Assembly: GCA_004431415.1 (NCBI GenBank)
Contig: QPMI01000437.1
Span: forward strand, 310,001 to 374,000
Direction: 5' to 3'
DNA: 64,000 nucleotides
Source: Cyanophora paradoxa CCMP329
Taxonomy: Eukaryota > Plantae > Glaucophyta
The notes below the pieces were generated by a model. It was not told the origin of the DNA. It did not search any database and saw only the letters and a list, made by a program, of their open reading frames with translations. The translations under genes and the position numbers were made by a program. Positions 11,090-25,230 of the stretch are shown here, in pieces (positions within the stretch are counted from its first letter, which is position 1; every line of letters begins with the position of its first letter).

Positions 11090-14000
11090 ATGAACACGCC
11101 GCTGTACGGTAGCGTGCAACAGACATCGTCCTATCAACCGGCGGCAGCCCAGCCTGCCAGCCTGCAGGCGAATACGGCCCAGAACCAGCTGACGAGCTCA
11201 GGGCTGTTCAGCTTCAGCGGATCTTCTGTGCTGGAGCTTGCTCCGACGACCATCGGCGGCCGCGGGACGCGGAAGTGGGACTACGTGCGTTTGAGCCGGC
11301 CCTCGCTTCGCCGATCGATGCTAACGGCGCCCGCGGCAGGTTATCGTCTGGCCGTGCGTGTGCCTTCGATTTGACATCACCGACAGACTCGCTAACGAAC
11401 GGACGGACGGACAGCTATGGGGACACCAGCCCGCACGCCCCGACGCTCAAGAGAAACCGGTTAGCCCCGCCGGCGCTCCCGTGGCGTTCTGCCTGGTGAC
11501 GCGTCGCCTTTGCGTTCGCAGCAACGGCATTCTCCAGCGGCTGAAGGGGGCGGGCCTCGAGGTGAAGAAGGTCCTTAGCGCGAACCGCGATGAGGTTCGA
11601 GCGCCCGCCTCCCGCGCCGCCGCTGGCCGCCGTCCGACCCGCTCCCTCTCAGGTCTTCGTCAAGATCAGCGCATCACAGGAGAAGGTTAGAGGCCCCGCG
11701 CCGCCGTTCTTCGCAGCTCTCGTCGCTTTTCCCGCCGCCGGCCGCCGACGCGGGGCGGGGCCCCGGGGCGGCAGCTGGAGAAGATGGCGGAGGTGATGCG
11801 CCTCCAGATGCGCGTGAAGGACCAGCACGGCGGCGGCCACGCTGCCTTCACCAGCGAGCGCAAGGCCGAGTTCTTCGGCGCCGGCGAGCAGGCCCGTCCC
11901 TTTCCTTCCTTTCTTTCTTTCTTTCTTCGCGCTGGTTCCGACGCGGCTTCGTTCGCAGGGCCTCTTCCGCAGCGTCGAGCGCGCCCGCATCCTTCACTGG
12001 ACCATCGAGGCGCCCTGGAAGGACGGCGGTGCGGCCCGGCGCCGCACGCGGCGAGCGCGGCCGGCTCGGCTGACGCGCGCGGCGCAGGCGCGGAGCTGAA
12101 CATGCGGGATCTGAAGAGGGACGGGTACATCCGCAACTTCTTCCCCCTCCACGAGCCGAACGCGCGCATGAAGCTCCTCGAGACGTGGGCCTGGAAGTGG
12201 TACCCCCCTCCGCAGCCAGCCTCTCCCGCCCGCCCGCCCGCCCAACTTCCCGCCCGCAGGTACGCCCCGCAGCCGCTCGACGATATTCGGTAGGCCCCCC
12301 GGTCCTCCCTCTTCCCCCCCAGCCCTCCCCCCATCTCCTTCGCCCCCGCACGCTCGCTCACCTCTTCTCCCTCCCTCCCTCCCTCCCTCCCCCCCCCCCC
12401 CCCTTCATTCTAAAGCGAGTACTTGGGCGATAAAGTCGGTGCGCTCGTACTCCCCTCCCCTCCCCTCCCCGCCCCAGGCGAACGGCCCCGGTTCGAATCC
12501 CGGCGGCAGGGTTCTACTTCGCGTTCCTGGGCTTCTACACCAACTGGCTCGTCTACGCGGCCGCCCTCGGCCTCCCCGCGGCCGTCATCAAGTCCGCCCG
12601 CCCCGGCCTCCCGTCCCGCTTTCGCCGGCCGACGCTCGGGGCCCGGGCGGGCGGCAGGATGTTCAAGGGGGCGGACAACGGGTTCATCCCGCTGTACGCC
12701 GTGGCCCTCGTCATCATGATTACCGTCTTCCTCGAGATGTGGAAGCGCAAGCAGGCCGAGCTCGCCTTCGCCGTGCGCACGTACCCCCTCTCCCCCGGCT
12801 CTTCCCCCCCCCCTCGGCGGAACCTCCTGAGCTTCGTTCGCGCGCAGTGGGACAACTTGGACCACGATGAGCCGCCGGTGGAGCGCAAGGCATTCGACGG
12901 CCCGATGATCCGCAAGGGCGCGCCCCGCTCCGCCCCGCCAGGCTCCGCCAGGCTAGGCCCGTCCAACCGCCTGCCTGACGCACGCCGGGGCCGCCGGGCG
13001 CGCGCGCGCAGGCTTCTACAACGGGGACGGCGACTTCGTGTCGCTGGAGGCGCGGCAGTCGCTGTTCCCCCCAGAGGTTATTCCAGAGGCGAAGGTGGCG
13101 GACCAGAAGAACCGGCTCGTCTGGCTCGGCGTCTCCGCCGCGGCCGTCACCTTCGCCATCGCGCTGCTGCTCGTGGCGGCGCTGGGCCTCCTCTCCTTCA
13201 AGTTCGTCCTCTCGGCCAACTCGGAGGGCTTCGGCGCCTTCTTCGGGGGCGTCATCACCGCGCTCTTCATCGCCGTCCTCAACGCCCTCTACAAGCCCCT
13301 CGCCGTCAAGCTGACCGACCTCGAGAACCACCGCACGGAGAAGGGGTACGAGGACTCGATGATGGTGAAGGTCTTCCTCTTCCAGTTCGTCAACTCCTAC
13401 ATCTCCCGTGAGTCCCCTGCGGCTTCCTCAGCTTCGCCCGTCCGCTTAAGCGAAGCACGGCCGACCCCGCCGCAGTGTTCTTCATCGGCTTCGGCATGTC
13501 GGACGCGTCGCGGGGCCACGAGCTCGTCCTGTACGGCGTGAAGCAGCCGGCCTGCTACGGCTCCTGCATGAAGCACCTCAACCTGCACCTCGCCGCCCTC
13601 CTCATGTCCAACATCCTCATCTCCAAGGCCCGCCCCGCCCCGCCCCGCCCCCGAAGGCCGCTCGCTCTCGCTGACAGAGGCGCCCCCGCGCGCCCCGCCG
13701 CGCAGGTGCAGCAGCTGGTGTGGCCGTACGTCCGCACGCGCGTCATGTTCCAGATCAACACCCTCCGCCTCAACGCCTACCGCGTGCGCCGCCCCTGCCC
13801 CGAGCCCCGCGCGCCGCGCCGCCCCTCGAACCGGCCTGACCCCTCCGGCCGGCAGCGCCTGGGGCCGCGGTTCAACAAGCCGATCCCGGCGGAGCTGCAG
13901 AACACGGTGGCGCGGCAGCGGGCGGCGCTTGACCAGGCGCGGCAGCAGGCGGCGCCGGACCGGGCGCGGCAGGTGGCGGCTGGACCCCAGGTGGAGTCGA

Positions 14001-14890
14001 AGTGGGACGCGTTCGACGAGACGACCGTCTTCGACGACTACTGCGAGATGGCCATCCAGTTCGGATACGTCACCCTCTTCGGTCCGCGTACCCCTGTACC
14101 CCCCCCCGCTCCCTACCCTTCTCTTCTGACGCGGCGCGCGCGCTCGGCAGCGGCGGCGTTCCCGCTGGGGGCCGCACTTGCATTTATCAACAATGTGGTG
14201 GAGATCCGCACGGACGCGACGAAGCTGCTGACGACGACGCAGCGCCCCAACTACGCCCACGCCGCCTCCATCGGCAGCTGGTACCGCGTCCTCGAGGGCA
14301 TGGGCTACCTCGCCGTGATCACGAACCTGGCCCTCGTCGTCTTCACGAGCCACTCCCTCCAGGCCTGGTTCTCGGCCTCGCCCTTCTGGGTGACCGTCGT
14401 CGCCGCGCTGGTCGTCGAGCACGCCGTCTTCGCCACCAAGTGGCTCCTCGGCGAACTGATCCCAGATGTCCCCAAGCCCGTCCGCGTGGCCGTCGCGGAG
14501 CGCGAGTTCGCGGCCTCGGTCCGTGACAAGCTCGACGAGCTCGCCCGCCGGCAAAAGAAGGGCCTCGGGCCCGTCACGACGCCCCCGCCCAACCTCCTCA
14601 CCGAGGACGGCTCCGAGGACCGCGACCTCCAGTACGACTCGGACCAGGACTACGCCGGCGGCCGCACCTCCGCCGCCTCCACCTACGCCCCCGACGCCGC
14701 CGCCGCCGAGAGCGCCTACGGCTACAGCAACGGCTCGCCCTACGCCACCAACGCCGGCGGCCGGCCCTCCTTCTCCGCCCCCCAGGGCGGCGTCTACGAC
14801 AGCTACCAGCCGTCGGCCACCAACCAGCCCCCGGTCTACGGCAGCTACGCCCCGACCGCGGGCGGCCCCGGCGGCGCCGGCCGCTTCTAG
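11090..14890 (+). CDS. Host anoctamin / TMEM16-family Ca2+-activated chloride channel or scramblase (about 15 exons)
   Basis: Spliced exons give the family motifs [52 protein letters not shown]…KVFLFQFVNSY, FDDYCEMAIQFGYVTLF, AFPL…NNVVEIRTDATK…RP…IGSW and LAVITN. Stop at 14888-14890. Confidence 0.92.
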
Positions 14891-16247
14891 GCCGCTGCCC
14901 CGCCCGCCGCCCGGCCCGATTCGGGGCTCCTGTGCCCCGGGCCGCCGCCGCGGCTTCGAATTCGAGTTCAGATTAGATTTTCCATTTTCTTCAGAACCAA
15001 ACATGGCCCAATGTTATGTCTACTAGTTCATCAGCGAGTGTGTATTCTGATCACAATGTCATGATTAGGAGTTGTCACTTCAGGCTTTGCAGTCTCGCGC
15101 CAGGTACAAGGCGCGGCGCCGGCACCGGCGGGCGGCGTAGGGGCAGAGGTGCGTGAGGCGGCCGAGCTCGAGTTAGATGGGTGGAGGGCGCGGACTCGAG
15201 CTCGGGAAGGGGGATCTTGAGGGCGAGGGCGATCCTCAGGTGATCATGAGATGCTAGGGCAGGGGCCGGGCGGGAGGTTGCGGTCGAAAAAGCGGCGGGA
15301 CCGCGCGCGCGCGCGCGCGCGTATACGTAGGCGGCCGGGAGCACGAAGTCGAACCCGGGCGCCACCGGCCCGGCGCCCGGCCCGAGCTCGTGGAACCAGA
15401 ACGCGTACTAAAGGCGCGCGGGGTAGGGGCACCGCAAGCCTCCCGCCACGAAAACCCGCGCGGGCGTGTTCCGCCTGCGCTCGCAGCAGCGGCCGTGAGG
15501 CGAGCTCGACGCAGCGCGGCGAGAGCGCGCGGTCGGGGAGCCCGTCCAGCAGCGGGAAGCAGAGGATCGGACGGTCAGCAGCGGATGCATGATCCTCGGG
15601 AAGCAGAGGGGACCCGTCCGGGATTCATGATCAGCAGCGGGAAGCAGAGGACGGTCTGGGGTACGAGACAGTCCACTTCAGCAATGACGTCATTCTGCAT
15701 CATCTGTTTCGAATTCCGAATATTGCTGGTGCTGTTCCGAACTTTGAGGGGAGTACAGTAGTTTATCGACCGCGTCTGCTCCGGCCGCGGCCCCCGCGCG
15801 CCGCGGGCCCCGCGGCCGCGGCGCCGGCCGGGCCGGGCCGGCTGCCGAGTCGAGCCGGGGCCGGCGGCGCGGCGCGGCCGATCCGAAGCTTGCGAAGACG
15901 CTTGCAACCAGCACAGCAGAGAATTGAGCGCGCATGCTTGAGGCCGACGCAGACGCTAGCGCCAACTTGGCAAGCCCGACGCAGACGATAGCGCGCGGCC
16001 GCGGGGCGCCGGCGGAAATTAAAGATGCCCGCGATGGTGCGCATGCCCATGGCCACGGCTAGCGCTGCCCCGCGCGCGTTACGTTCGGCTGCGACGTCGA
16101 CACGACGTCCTTCTCTCACGCTCGTCTCCCCAGAGCTCCGCGCTGTTCGCCGAGGTCCCGGCGCTGGACTTCGAGGACGCGTCGACGTCCGTGGCCAGGC
16201 CGCCGCGGCCGCCGCAACCGCCGCCGCCGCCGCCTTCGCTGGATCGA

Positions 16248-19200
16248 ATGCAGGGCGCCGGCGACCCTTCTCAGAGTCATGCAGATCTCGAGGACAGCGA
16301 AGGCGACAGCACCTCGTTCGAGCGCGCCGCGCAGCGCGCGGCGTTGCAGTGCGCACACGCGCGTTCGTGGGAGACATCGTCTGCCGAGACGGAGCGCTCG
16401 CGGAGCCGCCGGGCGTCCGACGCGGCCGCGGCTGCGTACTCGCCCCGATCGGAATCCAACTGCAGGGCGCACGCCGTGCACGCGAGCTACCGGTCCCTGC
16501 TCCTCAGGTCCGAATTAGAACCGCTGTCAGGCCGCGCGCGCGCGGCGGGGCCATATGCATGCATATGGCCGGCTGCATGCATATGGCCAGTTCTGATCGC
16601 GGCCCCCGCGGCCGCCGCGGCGCAGCATCGCATCGTCCATCGAAGTCAAGCACGACCGGTGGTCCCTCCAGTTCGCCGGTACATGCCCGCGCCCCTAGCC
16701 CTCCGCGCCGGCGCGCGTCGGCAGTCATTAACTTGAGCGATGCACTTCGGTAGACAAGGACCTCGAGCGGCGCTTCAGGCGGTTTGTCGGGGAGCAGCGC
16801 CTGCCCCTGCAGCGCATGGTGCCGCTCGCGCCCCGCGGCCGCCCCTCGCGATCGTCGCTTTGCCCTATTTATATATATCCTCACAGGTTGCCCGTTCTAT
16901 TATCGTCCTCATGGCGGGTGCGTGCGCGTACACGCGCGCGCGCTGCGCATGCGGCCGGCCGCGCGCGCAATAGCCGATCCTCTCCTCGCCCCCTCTTTGA
17001 ATTGCAGGGCTCCTGTTCGTCCCGTTCCTATTCAAGGCCGACGACGGGGTCGACCCCGCCTCTCAGACCGTGGCCGCCGCAAACACGCTCGGTCCGCCAG
17101 CGTCAGCGCCGCGCGCTCCTTCGCTTAAGCTTTGACCTGCCTATGCATAGCTTCCGCGTGGCTGAACTCGTCTCTGCAGCCTTCCTCTTCGTCGTCACCG
17201 GAATCGAACAGCTCACCGACGCTCGCTTCTTTCGCGAGGCGCGTACCCCCACCCGCCCCGGCCCTACCCCCCCCCCGCCTCTACCCCCCCCCCTCCCGGC
17301 GTTTCTAAAGCACCTGAGCGCCACGTTGCTCCCGCGCACCACGTGCACTCCCCCCGCCCCTCCCCCGGCCACCTCCTCCCCGCAGGGCGAATCTCCGCCC
17401 CCCTACCCCTCATTTTCGTCACCCGTCAGTCTAACATCAATTAATTATATATAATGCCGCCCGCAGACCCGCCTCTTTCGCTTCCTCTTCCGCCGCCGGG
17501 ACCTCTACTTCGGCATGTGCGTGTACCCCTGCCCGTCGCCGTCTACCCCCTGCCGCCGACACGTACCCCCCTTTCCTTCCCCCCCCACCCATCCCCCGCC
17601 TTTTCTTTTCCCGGCAGGTGCCTTGTGGGCTTCTTCTTGGTCTTCAACCTATCGTTCGCCGTATACCTCTCCGCCAGCTCGCCCTGCGGCGATCCGAAGA
17701 CGGTGCGCCCGCGGCAACGTTGTCGGTTCTTTCGCATTCTCTGAGCGAAGCGGGCGCGCATGTACAGCGCCTTTTACCGGCCACGTTCTCTCCGCCCTGC
17801 ATCCTAACCCTCTGGGTCCAAGCGTGCGATCTTTTTTTAATCTCGAATTCCTGCACCCTCGCTCGAGCTCGAGCTCGCAATCGCTTATGAGGTTCGAATT
17901 CGAATTTCCGCAATTTCCAGGATGGTCGGCAGCGCCCCCATCCACCTGAACGCTCTGTGGGCGCGCCCGACCAACCCGCTCCGCCCTCCCGCTCTAGCTA
18001 TCCATGTCCTCGAAATTCTTGGACTCAAATTTGATCCCGATCAGAGCGTTTTCATGGTCGTGGCGTTCGGCGCCATGTTCGGCCCCTGCGCGCCTTCTCT
18101 CGTCGGCACCCTTCGGGCGAGCCCTGCCCGCTCTAATTTGATTCTAAATTAGTATCTCACGCCGAAGTTAAATCAGGCCGTCGCCTCTATCGTCGGCGCG
18201 CTTGCGATCTCCGTCTACACGGCCCACCGGTTCGTTCGTTCGTTCGATCGTTTGTGTCCGGCACGCATGCGACTTCGAATCTAGCTAGCCTAGTATACGT
18301 AGTAGATCTGTCTGACACTGGCGCTGCGGCCTGTTTCGCAGGCGCGAGACGGAGTCAAGATTCCTCGTGCGCTCGCCGATAATAATAAAGTTCCACTTAG
18401 CTATAGGCTTCCACTAAATCTTCCGCTAATATCGTTAACTTTAAGTCGAGAATCGTTAATTGTAAAGTTCCACCTAAGCTTTTGCTGGACTTCCTATCCA
18501 TCTGATCATGAAATCGAATCTTCGCCGCGCCGCAGTTCCTGGTGTTCGAGAGGGCGCGGCGCGCGGCGCGCCACGGCCTCGGGCCGGCCCGAGCGCCCCC
18601 CCTGAACGCTGGCGCCCTCCCAATGTCGACGGAACTGAGCTCCCCGACGCACGTCGCCTCGCCGTCGACGTCTGTACCGCTCTCCCCCGCGCTCTACGGC
18701 CTTGGCGCCGGCGGCGATCGCGAGGACGACGGCGAACGCGCGCCTTCGCCGCTCCCGCCGCCCCGCAGCTACAGGAGCCCGGCCGCGCCGCTCTCGCTGC
18801 GCAAGAGCAGCGACCCCGCGGCCGTGGCCAGACCGCCTCGCTCGGGCTCCCTATCGGGGCTCGAGACGTGGGTCCCGGTCGTGCCTGCCCCGCCCACTCT
18901 AGATCTGCTTCCGGAGATATCCATCGAAGCGGCGCCGCCGACGCCCCGGCGGGGCGACATCGAGCGCTCTCGGTCCTCATCGCCCCCGGTCTCCAATTGC
19001 AATTGCAACGGCGCCGGCGCCGCGTCCCCAACCGGCGGCGCCGGCGGATCAGGATCCTGTGACGCCCGGTTCGCCTACGTATTCGCGGCGCCGTCCAGCA
19101 ATTACAACTCGAGCGGCAATTGCAACTCGGGCTCGCGATCACCCTGTTCCTCCTCCGCGCTCTCCCCCCTCGGTCTCTCCAGCCTCCTCGTCGCAAACCG

Positions 19201-21244
19201 AAGCCTGATCGCGAGGAACGCGTACGGTTCCAGCTCGCCGGTGCGGAATCAAAGTAAAAGCGGCAGCTCCGAGTTGGCGAGTCTTCGAATTCGCTGACGC
19301 CTTCGAATTCGGTGCCCCTCGCAGTCCCCTCGCCCGCGCCACGGCAGCACCTCTTCGACGGTGTACCCCGACACGAGCGACGAGGAGGGGGAGGGGGGTG
19401 GGAGGTCCACGCCGGGCGCGGCCGGCGCGCGCGGGATCCTGCCCCGCCTCGGCTCGACCGACTCGATCCCGCTCTCCGCCTCGGGCGTCGAGCTGCTCGG
19501 CGCCGGCCCGCAGCCAGCGTCCCGCCGCGGCTCGGTCGCCGGCTCCGTCGAGGGCGCCGACAACGTGGACGACGTCGCCGGCGATCGCGACGCCGTCGGG
19601 ATCGACGGCAGAGCCGACGCGGACGACGGCGTCTCGTGGGCACCCTCAGACTGGCTCCGCAAGAGGCGCGCGCGGCCGGGCTCGCTTTAATTTCATGAAA
19701 ATTCCCCTGCAGCTGAAATGGACGCGCAGGTTTTCCCTGAAATTCCGCTCGCCCGTGGCAGAGTCGCTCTATCAGAACTGGTTTGTGGCGCGCAACGCGC
19801 GGCGGATGCAGTGGCAGGTAAACTCTAACTTAAGCAGCACTTTCTCTTCCATGAATCTTATCCGGCCTCTAACATATAAGAGCGCAGGCGATCGTCGGAG
19901 TTGTGGCCTACGCTCTGGCGGTCGTCCTGACGAACCGGCACGAGCGGGACCCGGGCGGGCCCTACGCCTCCAGCCGCCTCGCCCTCGCCATCGAGGGCGC
20001 CGCCGCCGCCGCGCTCCTCGCCCTTGTCGCCCTCTCTTTCGCGGGGCGGCGCTTCTACGAGGCACACTACCACCCCTACATGGGCGCGGGCCTCCTCCTC
20101 GCCCAGGTCGGCATACTGCGACGTTAACGTTTCTCTTTAAGCGTTGAAGTTTCTCTTAATTTGACGTTAACTAGTTTCTCTTGATTGGTTAAGCGTTAAG
20201 CGTCAGCAGGTTGCGTCGGCATATATACTGCAGCGTTAGCGTCTCTCTCAATTTTCCGCGCTAAGATGTAGCCTTGCAATTGCCTAACCCGAACGAATCG
20301 CGCAGATCGCCTTCGTGCTGGTCTCGCACATGTACCCCCTCTCGGAGACCGAGGTCTTCATGTCGCACCTCGGCGTGATTATGAACGGGCTGCTCGCGAC
20401 CGCCACCTTCCGCCTACGGTCCGAGTTTTAGAAAATGCTCCGAATCCGCATCCAGATGCGGTCACATTCTATTTTATAAACCGCTTCTTTTTAGCTTCTG
20501 GTGCTGCCTTGCCTTGTCGATCGCCCTTTTCTCCACGTACTTCCTCGTGTCGGCGCTCTGGGCGCCCAGCATCATCCCCGTCCTCTGGGTCGAGTTTGTC
20601 GGTGCGCGCCGTCAAGGCAGACACTAGAGCTGCGCAATGCGGCTCGTCCAACGTTAACTTAACGTTACCGGCCTCGAATTTAGGCGCGGCGTGCATGCTT
20701 CAACTGGCCATCGCTTACTCACTCGAGACCGAGATGCGAATCATGGTGCTCCGTATCCCGACTGCGAAGTTAGAAATAAGTAAATGGACTTTAGTCGGGC
20801 ATGTCCCCATTCTAGGCTAGGATAACATAAGAGAAGTTGCTACATATAAGATTTTCCGTCGATATAACATGCAGATCATGGTGCCCCGATTTAATATCCG
20901 GTTTCTCCTCCCCATTATAGGATGATAATATATAAGAAAAGTTGCTATATGTGAGATTTCCCGTCGGTTTCCTGCATGCAGCTGACTTCGACCCGTTTTA
21001 ATTAAACTCCCAGTTTCAAATGCTGGTGGATCCCTCCAGCGCGGAGTCGAACCCGGCGATCCGAAAGCTGCGCGAGACGGCGGAGTCCGGCGCGCAGGCG
21101 CGGGGTACCGTGGCCCCGCTAGAATTAGAAGAGGAAGAAGAAGAGAGGGAGGATGCGGACCTGACGGCGACGTACATCGACGTGCCGTACCGCTCCGTCC
21201 GCGACCTGCGCGTAATTCAACCACGCGTAATATATATAATGTAA
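16248..21244 (+). CDS. Hypothetical multi-exon host multi-pass membrane protein with a Ser/Pro-rich loop
   Basis: Two clusters of hydrophobic exons (e.g. VAELVSAAFLFVVTGI, LVGFFLVFNLSFAVYL; AYALAVVL, AAAALLALVALSF) flank a long low-complexity exon (18540-19820) that ends FSLKFRSPVAESLYQNWF. No catalytic domain recognised. Confidence 0.4.
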
Positions 21245-23012
21245 ACTTTACCGCTGTCGACTAGCATTTCAGTTGTAGATTTACTTTGCGCCGTTGTGGC
21301 TTTTTTTGAAAGTCTGCTGCATTCGTACACACTTGACAACAGTCCCCCGCTCCGGCGGCTCCACGCCTACCGGATACTGAGATGCTGACTGCAAGAGGAG
21401 ATAGATAACAAGAGTGCTACAGCTAGTAGTCGTGTCGAGCTAGTGCCTTAGCTGTAGTCTACCGAGTCGTCTCCAGAACATAATATGCGCCGGTCCTCTA
21501 GCAGTGAGCGCGGCAGAAAGATGTAGGCCCAGAAAACCGGAGCCCCGTTAGTTAGGGCCCGGATGAAAAACTGGTGGTCGCGCAGCAAGAGCCGCGCTCC
21601 TCAGCCGCCTCCACGGCGAGCGCTGAGTCCAGAGTCGCCGCCAGCCGCCGAGCTGCAGCGCCGCGCAGCGAGCCGCGCGTCAACATCGCGGGCAGCTGCA
21701 GCTGGGCTTTGCGCCGTTGTGGCGCATCTCCCTTTCCATACATATGGCGCCGGCCGACTTCAACCATGCGTAACATGTGTAGCCTTTAACGCTTCTGCAA
21801 GCTCGAGAAAGCCGGTTCTTAGAAAAGGGGCTCTTGACTTTTATTTAATTTGTACTTTGGAGTGACTCTCAGTGATTTGTTCAGCAGCCCATGTATATGG
21901 CCATGCATACGGTACCGATCGCAATCTATTTGAACCTTATAATTAGCTGCAGACTGCTCGCCGAATCCTATAGCCACCGCTACTTGTACATGGTCGGTGT
22001 TCGTATATGTAAATGTAGATGCCAAGTAGATGCAGATTTATACTAGTTTAGATGTAGATCCGGTCGTTGTTGACTCCGGATCCAGCTGTAATTATAAGTA
22101 CTCTTATGAATTTAAACCGTCATCTGTATTATAATAATAGTTATCCTGACGTGCGCGCTGTTTCCTGCAGCTGACTGTACAGGCGGGATCGCGACCTGCC
22201 CAGAATCCGTTTGCTTGCGAACTGCCGCGCCGGCGCCGCGCGGGAATTCGAAAGCGCGCGCGGGGAAATTCAAATTAAAGAGAGCCCGGCGCGGGATTCA
22301 TGCATATATATATGTGGACGCGCCGCGGAAGAGAATCGCCTCCTCGGGCCTCCGCGGCGAGTCCGCGCCCCTCGAGCTCCGCCTCGAGCTTACCCCGCCC
22401 TTTCAGCTTCGATTTCTCGCCGGCGACGCCCCTGAGGCTTCAAAGCCGACATGTCCCGCACGCGCAAGAGCTGCTCAGCGGCTGGCCGACCCGCATCTGC
22501 CGCTGTTGCACGCCCGCAGTTGCACCGTGTCGCACGTGCACTGGCTCATAAATTAGGCCTAGGAGATCGGCGTCCCATTTCGGGTCGCGGCTACAGCGAG
22601 TGTACATTTTCATGTGTGGCTACGATGATATATAGATGCCTAATGACTTGATTACCGACAGAAGCGAATTGCACGGATCCGGATATCGATGATATCGATC
22701 ATGTAAGATATCGATGATATCGATCATGTAAGATCATGATTAGTCTGTAACAATATGATTGGATCCGTAATAAAAAAAATAATAAGCATGAAAGTAATAA
22801 GCAATTGCAAAGAATTTGTGCACGTGAAAAGTGAATAGCGAAAATAAGGTCCTACACAGCGAGGTCCTAGTCATTGGATGGCGTTGTACTAGTTGTACAT
22901 GTGATGAAGGAGCTCGAGGGGGGCTCCGGGATATCCTGATGATGAGCGGATGACCGGAGATCTAGAGGGATAGTGGGCTGGGAGGGATTCCGGAGTTGCA
23001 GCTAGACAGATT

Positions 23013-25230
23013 CTATATATAGCTATAGCTATCTACTTGGATGGTGGCGGCAGCGTCTGTGGTGGAGCGGGATCCGAGCTCGAGGGGCGACTGCGCCCGC
23101 GGCCCGGCCCGTCGCGATCGTGCGCATGCAGGAGATCTGGACGGAGCGCTGGCGGTCTTGATCTTTTCATCTAGTCGGAGATCTGTATCTAGAGATTCGT
23201 TGGGCGGTGTGAAACTTCTACGCTGCGAATCGTTGAAGCGCGACTGCAGGGCGAGCGAGAGGCCGCCGCCGACGTCGAGGCCGTATCTTCCCCCCGCGGC
23301 GTTCGCGGCCGCGGCGCCCGCATGGCCCGCGGCCGCCGATCGCGACAGGCCAGTGGCGACGGAGAGCCGATCGATGTCCGCGTCCGCGTCCGCAGCGCTA
23401 GCGCTTCGGGCGTCCGCTTCGGGCGGCGTTGATGAGTGCGGGATGGCCGAGGGCGATCGGACGGGGTTTGTGTGGGGGGTGGATGGCCGTGAGCGCCGGT
23501 TGACGTCGACGTCGACGTCAAAGGGTGCCAGGGGCCCGATGAACACTGACGGTTGCGGCCGCAGATCCGGATGCGGATGCCGGTCGCTGGCGGTGAGCGC
23601 TGAACTCGAGTCCGAAGGACACATGTACAGCCATCGCGCGGCACGGCGCGCTTCCGATTCGTGGCTGGCCATGGAGCTCGAGATCGTGGAGGGGACCTGC
23701 GGGATCGCCAAATGGCCGATCTTGAATTCGTACGAGCGAAATTTCAGCTTAGCTTTAATAAAAGCAATCGCACATTGGATATCGACGGTCTTGTTGAGAA
23801 ACCGATCGCGATGGCGGGCTTGTGGGGGCTGGATGGGGCAGACTTCGGGGCGCCCCCGCGGCCATGGCCAGGGCCAGGGCGCCGGCCCAGTGCTCTTTTG
23901 GGCACGCCGTCGGCCGACCGAGACCGCGTGCGGCCCAAGCTGCTAGGTTTAGTGCTAGCGCTGCCTCCGTCGCTTTCGCCTTTGCGCGACCGAGACTCGA
24001 ATGCTGTCGACGAGGCCTTCGCATGCGGGGCAGCTGATCAGTCGAATTCGAGGGCTTTTATGGCACGAATGGACTCACTTTCGATGGCCTTCTGATGAAA
24101 ATGTCGACCGGTTTCGGGGGGACGGACACGAGGACGGTTTTAATGGGGCTGGATGGCTGCGACGCGAAAGATGCAAACGCGGCGGCTGCAAGCGCGCGGC
24201 TGGGCGCAGGCGCAGGCGCCCGCAGGGGTAGGAGGCTGTCGGCGGAGCGAGACCGGGTGCGGTCCAGGCTGCTGCTGCCGCCGTCCCTGGATGACCGCGA
24301 GCCGAGCTCGAGCACCACGACCGACTCGAGCAGAGGGGCGGGCGGCCACGTCGGGCGGCTGTGGCCATGGGACGCGTGCACGCACACGAAGCCCGCGGCC
24401 GCGGCCGGGGACCACGATCGCTTTCCTTCGGGTGCGTCCTTCGAATTCGCGACGCCGACCGCATTGATATTCAGAGGCGACCGCGGACCCGAATCCGCCT
24501 CCGCCTCGTAAGGCTCGCCGCCCTCGGGGACCCGCGCAAGCCAGCGCTTCCACGTCTGCTCCGTCCCGCATAATTATAAAGTGCGTCAGGCGATTGCGAA
24601 GAGAGGGGGGTATTTCTGGGGAATTTAGCGCGCCGGATTGCGTCGGGCGAATGCGAAGAAGACCAGAACGAGGAGCGCCCCGATCTGGTTGAAAGAAATG
24701 TCTGATTGGTATCTCCTATATTACACAATAAGAAATAGCGATGTCGAAGTCGCACCTGGACGGCGAATTCCGCAAGGGAGAGCACGTCCGCAATCGTATC
24801 CAGCAGGCTCGCCTGGCGAGCGGTCGCGAGCGGGGCGTTAGGACGAAAATGAAGGGAAAAGTGGGATCCGATCCGGGGGTGGGCCGACCCGCTCGACGCG
24901 AGAGACGCGCAGGAAGACCTCGTCGACGGCCATCGCGAGGCGAAACCCGACGGCCTCGCCCGCGCACTCCGCGTCCGACAGGGGCCGCGTCATCGAGCAG
25001 AGGTTCTGCCCGTACGGACAAATTTTTTTAAAGTCAGACGTGGTAGTTGTGATATCGATCGCGGGGAGGAGGCGTACAAAGGACGCGTCGGAGCGCTCGG
25101 CAGCGCGGTTGTCGGCGGGCCGGAGCGCCACGTCGTAGCGGGGCGAGCCATCCCTCTTGTCCTGCGATACGAGATACGAGCCTATAGTGAGGTCAAATTC
25201 AGCGCCGGCGGCTCAAGCTTGTGCTTGCCT
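23013..25230 (-). CDS. Low-complexity Ser/Ala/Arg-rich coding segment, possibly the cytoplasmic tail of the Cys-rich surface-protein gene
   Basis: Minus-strand ORF pieces (23013-23711 etc.) are collinear with and downstream of the TM exons at 26300-26930. Repeated motif SSLDRTRSRSAD / SSLGRTRSRSAD. Confidence 0.25.

Noticed and set aside
16248-21244. Adenylate/guanylate cyclase call for the membrane protein
   Set aside because: The TM layout and LxFxxxxxExxY motif are suggestive, but no cyclase catalytic domain could be read.
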